This document shows, piece by piece, positions 51,001 through 64,000 of a stretch of 64,000 bases of DNA. How positions within the stretch are numbered: the first letter of the stretch is position 1; every line of letters begins with the position of its first letter. The translations under genes were made by a program, and so were the position numbers. The notes below the pieces were generated by a model that had not been told where the DNA came from, did not search any database, and saw nothing but the letters and a program-made list of their open reading frames with translations. The DNA is from Azolla caroliniana (lineage: Eukaryota > Plantae > Polypodiophyta): positions 33,728,001 to 33,792,000 of the forward strand of contig JBHGNT010000001.1 in NCBI GenBank assembly GCA_043228905.1, read 5' to 3'.

Positions 51001-53030
51001 TATGTGTTGTAAATAAATAAATCTTCTCGTATGGCTAAAGGATTTTATAGGAGCAATTCACTTATAGTTTTAGCAACCAATATGGTATCAACTATTTGAC
51101 GTTTTGATGTCTCATCAATAATGATATCAGTGTTTACTCCCATAACAAAATCAATTTCCTTCATTTCAGGGAGTTCATTGGGAGCCTAAACTCACCTAAA
51201 TCAACCAGGGTCATTTAAGAATCCAAGAAGTTCTAGCACAGGATCATAATCATGTACTCGCAGAGTGGATCATCAAAATGTAAAAAGACAACTTCTTTCA
51301 CATTGTATGTTTGAAGTAGGTGCTGGTGAACCTCCAATACACACACACACACACACAATGCAACCCTATTGGCAGATATTCAAGGAACATGCAGAAGATA
51401 TGGCACACGGCCATTGTAGTGGGCAAAAGACTCTGGATACATGATTCTAATGCAACATTTTGAGTTCCCTGAGATGTGTGATAGCTATTTCCAATGTCTG
51501 GTAGCATCACCTTGATCTGTACCCCCAATTTGGGAGAAACTCTCTATCAGGTCTTGTTGATTGAGGGGCATTTTGATTATCATGCCAGAGAGTGATGATA
51601 GGGTCAGAAGGAGTGGAGGTTGTAATGCAATTAGTCATATGAAATCAACAATTAGTTGCATGAAACCATTCCAGCTGAACTTGTGTTGGACATAATTATG
51701 TCTAGTAGATCTCAAAACAGATAATGCCCAAGTCCAAGATTCATAGGTATGCTCAGGAATCACATGATGTAATGAATAAACACAAAACAGAACAAAATGA
51801 AAGAGGGGACAAGGAATTTGCGTGGTTCAGCAAGCTGCCTACTTAACTATTTCCACAAAGAAGGTTATAAGTGTAACATAAAAAAAAAACTCAATGTCAC
51901 TTCCCTGAATAACATGATGGTTTTCAATGTCACTTAAAGAGACTTATTTGATAATATCAGAAGCACCCAAGAAAACAATTTCCTCTGAAATCATTCCTTC
52001 TTTGGTGTTCAAGATGCAGCAGCCACTTGTTTAACATGCAAATAGACACTTGCCTGGCATGCAATGGTTCACCCCAATATTAACAAACATTTCGCGAAGT
52101 TTAGGAGTATTAATTAACATCAGCTGCATCACCACCACATATTGACGTGCAATACCATACGTTAGTCAGTTTTTGCTGGAGATTCGTTGCTAGAATATTG
52201 TCCATCTCCAGACAATCCCAAACATATCCTCACCAAAGTTGTCCAATTGAAGACTTTGGTCACTCAACTATTGTCTATTGGACCCACTACTAGAGCCAAG
52301 TTGGGCTATTAGAGGCATTTACAGCTCAGGAGTTAGGCTGTTACATCAACCAGCTAACTGAGGGTATTACTACCATTGAAGGTGCTACCATCGTTACTTT
52401 TTCTCATCATACCATCACTTGGATGACCCATGGGAGTACATCAAACAATTAGACCAAATCTTCCTGACTTTGGCCATTCAGCCACCTCCTAATTTTTTAT
52501 TTTCTCCTAATTTTTATTTGTAATGAGAACTGAAACTTGGGAGTAAATACCATTTCCGACCAGCACATCACTGTCCAAACCTGTTTCTTTACCAATTACT
52601 TCTGGCCGATTTGACCACTCAACTATACAGTATTCATTATTAAAACACGTAGGAACACGAAACTGCATTTGGAAGATCAATCAACTACTGAGTATCGTTT
52701 ATGCTTGATACAATTATATATACTCAAGTCCTGCAATGAGACCTAAAAGTGGGCATGCGTACCTCTATTTATAGTGATCAAGAGACACTACAACATTTGG
52801 AAGATCCCGTATTACGATTGAAAGAGTAAATATATACACATTTCCTAATCCAAACAAACATTTTGAAGATTCGGCATTTGGGGAAAACCACGGTTTACAC
52901 AATTCCTAATGCAAACGATTGCAAACAGAAGCAGCAAACAGAAAGGAAAAGAGAGGAAGTTGTAGAAATTACTGAGGGTATGCTGAAGAGCCTGGAAGAA
53001 ACGATCACGAACCACAGAAATGGTGGGCAT
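45002..53030 (-). CDS. FARSB: Phenylalanyl-tRNA synthetase beta subunit (cytosolic)
   Basis: 19 exons: 53030-52973, 50551-50496, 50413-50316, 49717-49588, 49237-49122, 48597-48531, 48443-48402, 48320-48279, 48196-48120, 47987-47861, 46944-46777, 46702-46571, 46435-46325, 46166-46038, 45965-45891, 45812-45705, 45548-45453, 45360-45277, 45070-45002. Motifs: [88 protein letters not shown]. Confidence 0.95.
49731..50270. repeat. 270-bp tandem duplication in PheRS-beta intron 3
   Basis: Copies at 49731-50000 and 50001-50270; about 3 substitutions seen. Confidence 0.95.
50841..51027. repeat. ~75-bp direct repeat (112-bp period) in PheRS-beta intron 1
   Basis: gataggtg.atatctaaacaatgaatccaataaaaacatggccactgttatgtgttgtaaataaataaatcttct occurs twice. 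Confidence 0.9.
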
Positions 53031-53196
53031 GGTGACGATTACGTTTACTTATACAGCAGCGTGAGGGAGAGAATGTGTGTGTGTGTGTGAATATATAATG
53101 GCCAAGCAAATTTATATATCAGGCAGAGTCTTCTTCATCTAGGGTCTGTGAGACACACAGATCACTAAAATAACATATTAACAGCCTTCCTTACAC

Positions 53197-53474
53197 ATGA
53201 GAGACAGAGAGACAGAGACAGACACAGAGAGAGTCTGTACCCTTTAGGCTTTCCATAATTACCACCATACCCCCCTCCATCAATAGAGTACCCTAAACCT
53301 AAATATTGAAGACCATTAGGGTACTCTATTGATGTAGGGGGGTATGGTGGTAATTATGAGAGACATGAGAGAGACGGAGAGACAGAGTTTGTACCCTTTA
53401 GGCTTTCCATAATTACCACCATACCCCCCTCCATCAATAGAGTACCCTAAACCTAAATTTCCAAGACCATTAGG
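53197..53474. repeat. Direct-inverted-direct (A-A'-A) repeat with 43-bp hairpin
   Basis: A 53254-53296, loop 53297-53315, A' 53316-53358 (1 mismatch), A again 53408-53450 within a larger direct duplication. Confidence 0.95.
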
Positions 53475-55346
53475 CACATCCTAGTGTTTGACACCTTTGA
53501 TCAATCCCTGCTATGGATCTATTTGTACCATGCCAAGGCGCTCTCCTCTTTACTTAATCATCAAGATAGCAATTATGGATACATATATTTGAGCTTGTAA
53601 TACCCAGACCACATATTCAATTCCTTGTGCCTTCATCATCATAAGGAACTAAATTAATGTAGGCCTCTTAGGTTCTCTTCTTTCGACTTGGATTATTGTC
53701 GAGTGTATTATTTTCAGCTCAAGCCAATATGGTTGCTTCAAATTCCCTTTCTATCTCGATCACCCCAGATGCAAAAGTAATAAATAAAATAGCTTTGGTT
53801 AATTCATGGGCTTTTAGATTCCTTTGCCTTGAATTTTTGCTCCCATGTAGTATTGGCATTGTGTACTTCTACACTTAGAAACCTCTCTACATGCTATGAA
53901 TGATAATATCACTAGTGTTTCCAATTACCTTTATTTCCAAGCTTATACTCGCATAAGCCTATTAGATTTGCAAACAACTTTAAAGTGGAGCGAATACAAG
54001 TTTGGAAGGTGGAATTTTGTGAGGGATGTTGGTAAATGCTATCATTTAAGGAAATGATTTAGTGCATGTTCCATATACATGCAATCCCAAAGTGCAATAA
54101 AATGTGTCTACATGGACATACCAAGTTCCTTGTAACACCACCATCATTTGCACTTACCCCTACACACATCTATGGCTAAACAAGACAAACATGACTTTTT
54201 GGAATAAATCGGACACGAATCTCCATAAACACATGCCAAGTTAGTATGGGGAAGCCAAGTGTTTGTGGGGCATAATGTAATGACTTGCAACAAGGAGAAA
54301 AACATATCAAATGAAAAGGAAAGTTTGGCTTGTTCATTTCCACTGTTACCATAAACAATAACATTGCTAAATTTGCAAGGTCAAGTAAAAGCATGATTTC
54401 AATAAAAATTGCAAAATCAAGTAAATGACACAAAATGTTATTCAATCCGGATATAGATAGTGTCTATTGGTAAGTTTCCACCAAGCATGAAATGTTGCAA
54501 ATTCTCACTCAAACAACCTCAAGTAAAAGATGCTAACATATAAAGTGATTGAGAAAAGTATAATAAGCTACAATAAAAAACTAAGAGCATTATATGATAG
54601 TTCACAATTACCCACATGTTTCAAATGCATCAACAATGATCATACTCTTATCTTCTCTACCCATTTTGATAATATAACATAGTTATAAGGAACCAACAAA
54701 CAATCCTATCTACCCATTATGACTACTTCCCCCGATATTTTACCCTAGAGTCAAAATCCTAAGGTACGAATCATGTTCCCTAGCATTCAAATGTTTATTC
54801 CTCAAGCCCCTTTCTCCTATGTGCAAACAATTTCCATTTCTTTCTCTCCTATTTGTTAACATTACTGGTACATCATCTCAAGGTCAAATATTCTCAGGGA
54901 TGATTGAAACATTCAACCCTTCGGTAGACCCACACGATTTATTCATAAAAGTTACAACCATCAAAAATCTGAACCAGACTGATTCATATATGATGTAACA
55001 TCTCAACACATTTTGTGTGACCCATTCCTAAATATTCATGCTATCTACATTCTAACTGAAAAGTCAGGGTTTCCTACTCTTGACATTCTCTAATTGTATA
55101 ACTCGGGAGAACACACTATTCTAATACATGCTTCTCAGAGAATGATGGTTGTGGAATTTTCCTTAAAGCTTCTATCCCAACGTATTCATGGGGAAATTGT
55201 TGATGATTTCCTTTTTCTTTTCGAAAACCAGGGCTTTGTAGCAACTGTACAAAAATCCATCAGAATTACTGTTTGGCTTAATTCTGACTGATGCATTCAG
55301 ACAGTGCAGCAACTTGAATACCAACGGCACAATCTCAAAAATGTTC

Positions 55347-58300
55347 TCAATCTGCTTCAAGTTCAGCACCAAAGTTCTCTAATCTTCTTTCCTCATCTGC
55401 AGCATCCATTTCAGCATAGTTAACAAGCCCATCATCCTCGACAGCTTCTACTTGTTTACCTCCAAACCTACAACAATATACTAGCAAAGTCATGACTCAT
55501 CACATTTGCAAAATGGAACTTTCCATATGAAGCACACAATTTACCATCGTCCATTCATGCGCTCAATGCACTTTAACCCGCTTTGTCTATCTTTGAATTT
55601 CACCATCACAACTCCTTCGGAGCTGTTTTTGTATACCTGCATAGTTCACCTGAATCAGTAGAAGGATTGATTTGCAATGCCAAATGCAACAGACCTAAGT
55701 GAATTCTACAATGAAGAGAAGCCAATTTAGGAGAGACTTATACGCTTTACCTTCAGTCTCTCTAAAGGACCAAGTTTGACACATTCTTCAGTAACATCAG
55801 CCTCCAAGTCTGCCAGTGTGTTTGGATCTGACTGCACATCCACACGAAAGGTAGAAAAGAAGGGGCCTATGTTAATCAACACTGTAACTTATAATATAAG
55901 CTTCCTCATGAACCATCTACTTTTTCATTAATCCCAAAAGCTTCTACTTTAATTTGCAAGAGTATTTCTTGGTGTTGATCACAAATAAGACTAAATAATG
56001 CATGATCATTATTCAATCTTCAGCATATATTCAGCCTTTACCATCAATTCTTCTTGTGTAAACATGTTTTTCAACAGAACACTCATTGCTGTTCTCTTCT
56101 TGGCATCATCGAAGCCACCTAGAAAATTGTGCATTCATTGTATTAAGCATGATAAACTAAAAGATAGTGCACTTTTAAGCATAAAAAAGAACAACACTAT
56201 AACGCAATGGCATTACCCCAACCAAGGGCTTTTTGCTCTGCATACTTCAACTTTTTCTTTTTCTGTTTATTGGCTTCCTTCTTAATGAAGACACTGCCTG
56301 CAATATCCAACACATATTTTGACAGGGAAATCACAAGTTATGCAGGATAATGTGAGAATAATAATACTGATGCAGTGGAGACTCATTAAAGATCACCTCT
56401 TTGTTCAAACTTTGCCTGGCTGACAGACATTAATTGTTTGTCACCAGGCCGAAAAGGTGCTCCATCCAGAAGCTTAATTGCCAGGTCTACAGAAGGCTCC
56501 TACAATCAACAAAAAACCACTTATCACTCAATTGTTATCCATGTAAAACCTCTTAGGATATTCAATACACCTTCATTAGGATTTTCGAAGTATTAAATCC
56601 CACCTTTAAGTATGTCACAAGTGCATCTCCTTTCAAAACATTTGTTTGTTTGTCAGCATACAGTTTTATTTTCGGTTTCTTCGTGTCTGGATCCTCCTTA
56701 ATAATGCCACACTTTGAAAACACTTCCGCAACCTGCAATATAATGCTTTTCTAGATTTTAAAAGATAGGTCCAATCCTGCAGAAGGATTAACAAAGCTAT
56801 TGCCCATGGCAAATTCTTGATATCTTGCTATGCTAATTAATAAAAAAATGCCTTGCTATTCTAAGCCTGAACCATAAAGCTATCTTTTGTATTTCACCAT
56901 TTTGTTATGTCTGCTTTTATGTCTTTTCAGGGAGACAAAAGCTCTCAGGAACTACTTTGATAGAGAATGAAAAATGGATTGCTCGCTCTAATTTTCTGGA
57001 TGCCAACCATAATACATTCAAGATTCATCCAAAATCCAGGAAATCTCTCATGTGGCTATAACTTAACCTAGGAAAGCTAGCATTATAACGAAGTGACATA
57101 ATTACTGGCTTGCAAATTACTCAGACACCTGATAGGAACACTGTTTGAACAATACCAACATTAATTATCCACTTTAGTCATACACACTTCTAGGTATATC
57201 AAGATTAAATAGAAGGATAGAAATTGTAGACTAGACGGTCTCATAAAAAGCTTAAGAATATAAAGAATATTACAAAAGTGGCACACCAACAATTGATAAT
57301 AACTCTGGCTTTTTATTGCATCATTATACATATACCACACTTTAATATTAACTTCAAACAGAACTTACACCAAATATGAAACAGTTCAATCAAAAGTTGA
57401 TAACAAACAACCAAATTTATTCATGGAATCTAAAACTCAGTAATTGGATACCTCTTCAGAAGTCACATCAGTTGGTAGTCCAGTTACATATACATGAGTG
57501 TTAATTTTTAACTCAAACCAACCCTCGGGGTTATTATTTGGCTGTTTTGCCACTTCCTGCAAAATGCACAAGGATATGAAACTCATAAAACACAGTAACC
57601 AACTATCTTAGAAAAACTATAACACAAGCAAACCACATATACTATTGTAATCTTTGCAAACTAAAGATCAGAAACGCACAAAATTTCCAAAAATAAATAA
57701 ATAAAAGCAGCTCAATTTGAAACCCAAGAAATTGCACAGGCATATGTATTTTGTGTGATAAAGAGTATGTAAACACCCATATTGTTTTCAAACATTGTAG
57801 GTGTACATTTCAACCCCTCGCTTCCAGATACAAGTGACCTCTACCCCTCCAGCCCCCTTTTTTTAATACTTAAAAATAACAATTCATAACTCTAAATGCC
57901 TTCAGACACACTCATTAGTCTCTAAGATGGCCATTGTTCTTTGTAAGAAGGCGCCCTCTCCTCCATCTCTAGAATGAAAGTGTGTGATGATGAAATGGAA
58001 TTATCTACCCAAGTGAGTCAAGGGAATATCTTGAAAGCTTTGATTATAGCATCTTGATGTGTCTATACAGCCAAGCAAGTGTTCATCCCGTTTTGAATAC
58101 AAGATAATTTATTTGCCCTCACTGAAGAATTAGCAGATGTTCACACTCTACTTAGTGTCCCTCCTCTCCTCCTGCACCTGTGCTCTTCTCTACATCAAAC
58201 TGTCTAGAGTCTATTTTCTCTCTTTTTTCTGATATCACTTTTCTGTCACTTCTAACTCTTTGTTAACAATTTCTCTTACTCCTAGCAAACTTTGATCTAT

Positions 58301-59866
58301 AGACTTTTGAATGACAGTATCAATGAAAATTAAACAACTTAATAAAAGAAACCTCTGTAGCAACAAATTAAATGGAGGTTAAAGCTCAAGAAACACGCAT
58401 AGGAGATCAACACTTGCATTAAAAAAATTCACAGTTGCATCATATATTTTGTTGCAACAAGAGTGACTTGTTTGAACTGCTGGTGCATCTAATTATAAAA
58501 ATAATCAAAGAAACTATAATGATACTCACGTCTACTGATTTCCTTTTATTGTCAGATTTTAATTCCTGTGTCTCCTTTCCAACATCTTCTGATAATGTTG
58601 CACTCAAGGTTGGGAAAACTTCTTCTTCAACATCAAAAACCATCTCCTCAGCTCTATATATGGGAACCTCAGGAAGACATTCCCCCTGTCACGCATGTAA
58701 TTCAACTCATGAGCCCCATATGTCAACTCATCCTCAAACAGAAAGCCAACAACAAATCAAATCATCTACCTGAGGCACCCAAACTCTGCGAGCATGATTC
58801 CATCGGTATGTTGTTCCATCATCATCAGTGAATTCTTCTTCACCTTTAGGGGGTGATACAGGTGTATCAGTGCCATCAATTATCTCATTGTTTTTAGATC
58901 TTGAATCGACAAATGATGCAGCCACTGCTCCATGTTTTCCTGTTCTTGCTTTCAAGCGAGCAGCTTCTTCTTCTGCCTTCCTGATCTCTTCCTGCCACCT
59001 TATAAAGTCATCTTCTCCATCTCCTCTATCCAACACTTTCACTGCAGCATCATTTTGAACTGCATTTTCACTAGCGATGGCCGCATTTTCACTAGCAATG
59101 ACCGCATTTTGTGTATCATCTAGCTCATTTCTTTTAGCTAGTTTAGGGTTATTAATTATGACATATTTACTCAATTCATCAATTTCAGATAATGAAGACC
59201 ATTTATCTTTTCCATCTGCCCAAAGTAGAGAGCTGCTTGTCAGATAGCCTGATGCATAATGTTCTGCATTCCAAGAATAGAGATTAATACTTGCTGAAAA
59301 AGAAAGTCTAAAATCTAATTCTTACCGTAAAGTGAGCTTCTCAATTTAATTTAAATGAAGACAGGACAAATAAAGGGATAAAAGTAAATGCAGTCTCCAC
59401 AAATAATTACTAAAATATAACAGAACTAAAGCGCAGAAAGTAAAAAATGTAAGTGTGCACCAACAACCTATAAAAAGAAGCAATATAATTAGCTGCTAAG
59501 TATACATTTTAACTGACACCTTTATCAAAGCTCAAATATTGGCAACTAAGCTAAAATAAGCTAGTTACACACTGCAATATAATGTTCACAATAAAGTTTT
59601 TGAAATGGGAAGAGATCCTAAATTAATACAGCTTCAATGTTTACAAAGATATCAATGTAGTTGAAATTCATAAAGGTTAAATCAATAGGCTCTCAAAGTT
59701 ATTATATTTGCAAAGCTATTGAATAAAAAATAAATGTAAATAATAAATGTCTTTACGAAGGGATAAACTGCAATTCACCTTGTAGTTCATCTATAGTGTA
59801 GGGCCCATAGCTTTGTTGTTCGCCAAGAACATACCATTGTGCTTTCTGGTCTCCATTTCTTTCCAT
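55347..59866 (-). CDS. ELF9: Tat-SF1/HTATSF1/CUS2-like U2 snRNP-associated splicing factor (GYF_2 + RRM + UHM; Arabidopsis ELF9-like)
   Basis: About 11 coding exons from ATG 59866 to TGA 55347. Motifs: [19 protein letters not shown] (GYF_2-like), [87 protein letters not shown]. Confidence 0.9.
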
Positions 59867-61059
59867 TCTAGCATACACAATACAGATACATTAGCCAAAA
59901 CAGACCTAGTTTTCTTTGAATGAGTTAGAGCTTAAAACTTCGCATTCAAATAGTTCCTTATTAACAATTAAATCTCCAGTCTTTTATAAACCATGAAAAT
60001 TTTATTTAAATCTTTTAAATTAAAGTTTTTTTATGAGAGAACAAACTCTACTGAACTAGTATTTAGATGTATGAAAAAATGTCCTGTGTTTGATGCCTCA
60101 TCCCTGAGCAAAGACTAAATGACACTTCTCAAGCAAGTCCATATAGGTAGAACAAAGTAACTTATCCAGAGCATTAAACTTTTATGATAATAAACATGAT
60201 GTTTCTCAAGAGACTATATACAAGTGTAAACAACATCCCCTAATATGGAAATTGCACTGGTTGCTATCAGATGGTTCTTATGTTGCTGGATTCACATATG
60301 TTAGCTTCCTAGGGTATTGAGATATGCTATGAAACATTTGCATCTTCAAATCACAACGTGTTTGGCTATAGGTATTCAATGTCATCATATCCGTTAGTTC
60401 ACTTTCTTTCTTTAACATCCACACTTGTGCTTGATGAACTTGAACTTTGACGTAGCTCGCAAATTTTCTTGCTTCTATTGGATGTTTACATTGTGACTAA
60501 ACCTCAATTGTCTCAGCAAAAGTGCAACTAATGGAGCAATATTGTCACATTTGCAGCCTTCAGCAATTGATCTAGAATAGAAAAATTCAGGCATTCAAGG
60601 TCCCAATTGAATAGTTCACCTTCCTTCTTTCTGCAATAAAATAAATACTGTCTTTGGGGGCAAGAACTTCACCTAGTGAATCTCTTTCTGTTCTTTCTTT
60701 TAGACTAGAAATTTACTTATGATTTGCATACCATGCTTGTATCACAACTCATCTATAGAGAACCCCTTCTCTCCTAGCACTTGTACCATAAATAGCGACA
60801 AGTTTAGTTAAATTATGTTTTTGTCTGTACATTTTGACCCTTTTCTGGATATAGAATGGTAGCACTGGCATTCGTAGTTTTTGGCACTTGCACAGATGAT
60901 TTTTGTCATAGACTCATTTCGATAACTCCGGTAAACACCTTCCTTATCACCAAACCCATCAGGCCTCAATTGAGCTCTATTGACTGACATATGGGATTTA
61001 CCTATTTACCTATGATACCAGCCTCTCATTGAGTTCTATTGACATCTGGGATTTACCTA

Positions 61060-61880
61060 TGACAAGAGGCCAGGGCAGCCACACCATACTCACTGATGCT
61101 CCTAAAATGGGGGCTAAGACCCATCACAGTAGAGGGTCTAATGAGAGTCCAAGAGTATGAGGACGTACATGGAGACACATCACTGATCAATCTAAGCTGG
61201 GGATGCTGGCAGCAAAACACAGAAAACAAATAAAACAAACATCTTCCTTTCTATCTGGGCACCTACTCTCAAATATTTTAAGAGCTGGAATATGACACTA
61301 CAAGAGCTACACATTGATGATATGCACATGAAAAACATTGAATCATGCCTTATGGATGCAATCAAGGAAAAATGGAATGAGGATGCAAATAATAACAATT
61401 TGCAATCTTGTTTCACTCACATAAACCTGACACCTTTGTACACCTATAAGTAAACCATATACAATCAACCAAATCATCTCATCTTCAAGCCACTTGACGT
61501 GGGAAGGAAAATTGCCCTCCTCATGATTGTAGTAAAGCTCATAAGATTGAGGGCGGCGCTTGCAAAGCACTGGCAAGAGCAAATTGCATATGCACACTGC
61601 ACCCCAAATCTGGAGATTGAGGATGACCTTCATCTCACGCTAGACGTGAAGCATTCATGGCAATCTGAAAATCTTACCAGCATCAATTACCATATGCACC
61701 AACTTTGCACATCCATTTAGGCGTAGTGGCTACACCCTCTGCACTAGGCGCAGAAGACTCTCATGTGACGCTCTTCTTTGGTTTTGTGGTCCTTGTTTCT
61801 GGCCTCCTGAGGATGCTACGAGATCACCATCATCATGACCTCTCTCTTATAACATCATGTTTGTAATATATGTTGATCTC
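61060..61880 (+). mobile_element. Possible degenerate LINE 3' end remnant in inferred 5'-UTR intron of the ELF9-like gene
   Basis: Trp-rich broken peptide fragments (SWG..., IFLSIWA..., W) reminiscent of L1 ORF2 C-termini; no intact motif. Confidence 0.3.
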
Positions 61881-61927
61881 ATAGACCATTTTGGCCGTTA
61901 AAGTTCTCCTTCTCCGTTTGATTCAGT

Positions 61928-61933
<6 letters not shown>

Positions 61934-61996
<63 letters not shown>
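61934..61996. repeat. (TC)n microsatellite
   Basis: pure CT dinucleotide run of about 60 nt. Confidence 0.92.
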
Positions 61997-61998
<2 letters not shown>

Positions 61999-62161
61999 AA
62001 GATGTTATGACATCATGATTGTGCAATTATGGGTATCAATGGGCTACTTTTGGCCACTGTCTTTGGTTCTGCAAAGAGGGAGACAGAGCTCCGTCTCTCT
62101 CATACAGGCATTGAGATACGCACACAAGCAAGGGAGGGAGGAAGAGGCAGAGAGGACAAAC

Positions 62162-62390
62162 CTGATAGAATGAATTCACAACGCGGAGCAGAGAGAGGAC
62201 GAAGAAGAAAAAGGAGAGCTTTGTTCCTCGCTAATAAATGCCTCGCTTCCCCCCTCTCCCTCTCTCTCTACTCTGTTATCTCTCTCTCTCTCTCCCAGAC
62301 TCCCTGCCCTGTTCTCTCTCTATCTCTCCCTTCCTCTCTACTCTGTTCTCTCTCTACTCTGTTCTCTCTCTCTCTCTCTCCTCTCTCTGT
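62162..62390 (-). promoter_or_regulatory. Putative 5'-UTR exon/GAGA-rich promoter region of the ELF9-like gene
   Basis: Minus-strand donor ATCAG|GTTTGT at 62162/62161, acceptor CTAG just before the ATG (59868), and CT/GA-rich tracts typical of plant TSS regions. Confidence 0.4.
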
Positions 62391-64000
62391 CTTGAGCTTA
62401 AAAAACTGGGTTTAAGAAATTGGTTTGTTTCTTTCATGTTCTTAGGACTTTTATCTCTACAATCTATCCCTACCCCTTCACCTCTCTCTTTTGTGGCTGA
62501 TCAATTAATGGAATCCGAAGCTTGTCATACCCACCAACTTACCCTCTCCTCCATAGAACCATAGCTATCGTAGCTTTGTATAGTCAAGCCATACGTAGGA
62601 CACATACTTCTAATTATCCATTAATGCATTTGTAATGCAATTATTCATTATGCAAATTGCATAGGAGTCAGGGCCCTCTCCACTTAACCTGAACCCTTGA
62701 GTCTAGAAATTGTAACTATTGCATGAGTACTTCTACGGGAAGGCCAATCCGTTAATATAATAATAGTTTGTTTATTCAAATGTTTAGAGAACTTCGCGTG
62801 ATTGACCATGTACAATGGTATATATGACATAGGGTTGATTGCAATATATGCATGACAGTTGGGATGAGAGTTCACATCATGAGCAACTTGGATTCATGCC
62901 AATATCATTATATAACGGAGTTATCCATGGCCTACTCACACTTATCAAATAGTTCATGAGAAAGAGGAACCAAATCCAAGATTCTTTTACTCTACCAAGT
63001 AGCCTTGAGCTATCACCCATTGCATAGCATGAGTCCCCCTTTATCAAAAAGAGCACAAAAGAATTAACATGAATCCCCTTCGTGAAAAATATCGATGGTG
63101 AGCAAAATAGTTACTAATTACCTTTTATACGTGCAAACCTTGCTAATAACCATTCCAATTATACCTAACCAAACAAACATTTGTCCATGAACTATTGTCC
63201 TATCTCAAGCCTATTAAAAATTTCATGAGAAACAGAGTGCTATTGATTATATTATTTGGTGGTTTACACAATACATGGATCGAGGATGTTAGTTCCAAAT
63301 TATGTGATACCTAGAATATGGAAAGTAGCCATATTAGCAACTGATGTAGGAAAATATATGATATTACGTAGATGAAAACACAATGATCCCTCGACAGCAC
63401 ACAAAGAAGATTTGAGGCAATAATAAATAGAACATCAATGTCCCTAATAGGATTCCATACAATTGATATACAATCAGGTCATACAAGATTGAAAATTCCC
63501 ATAACATCAAGAGCCACATGTAGACTAATGTAGATGTGGTGGTCTTCTCAACAAAGCTACTTTACATCAAATATTCCAAGTGCCAAAATTTCCCTGGAAA
63601 CAATAGATTGGTTCTTAGAAACACTGTTGTCGTAATGTGAAAATTTCAATAACACAATCAACTCATTGCTAGGGACATGCAAAAAAACATTATTATTCAA
63701 AGGTGAAACATTCAATCTGTTACATTAAGGACTAGAACTCCTGCCAACAAATACCCGTCAAGCTTTTCCATATCACAGAGGTCTCATGAACAATGCTTAC
63801 ATGTTTTACATAAGCTTATAGTAAAAGCATTGAGTTCCCTTAAATACTGGTATTTTGTTCATTCATATATATCACGTACGATACTCAGATGAAGTATATA
63901 TACTTAGAAGAACAACTAAGGCAGCACTCAACCTTCAACATAACAGCAGTACCATTCCGATTTCACTTACATAACTGAATATCTTATTCTTCATCTCAAT

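Noticed and set aside
57440-57451. GTATCC donor suggesting a U12 intron in the ELF9-like gene (similarly GTATAC at 23964 in TOP1)
   Set aside because: Lacks the full GTATCCTT consensus, and no clear TCCTTAAC branch point was found.
62029-62564. 128-aa and 108-aa ORFs
   Set aside because: Translations of CT/GA microsatellite-rich sequence; low complexity.

Overview
Intron-rich land-plant nuclear DNA, most consistent with a fern or another non-seed plant (inference from the PPR type and gene sequences). Seven protein-coding genes can be reconstructed by hand from splice sites. In order: the 3' part of a spatacsin/SPG11-like gene (+), a PLS-class PPR RNA-editing factor (+), DNA topoisomerase IB (+), phospholipid N-methyltransferase PLMT (+), plastid SecY2/SCY2 (+), cytosolic phenylalanyl-tRNA synthetase beta subunit (-) and a GYF_2+RRM Tat-SF1/ELF9-like splicing factor (-). 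The standout is the PPR protein. It has 23 PLS motifs, E1/E2 and a deaminase domain of the DYW:KP type (KKPAKS instead of the PG box, ending CSCKFSY rather than DYW), the class linked to reverse U-to-C organellar editing. It also appears to carry an unannotated ~210-aa N-terminal extension on two upstream exons. Other notable signals are a 43-bp fold-back/template-switch hairpin upstream of PheRS-beta, two forced GC-AG introns, degenerate LINE remnants and many short tandem duplications. All calls come from manual reading, not database searches.
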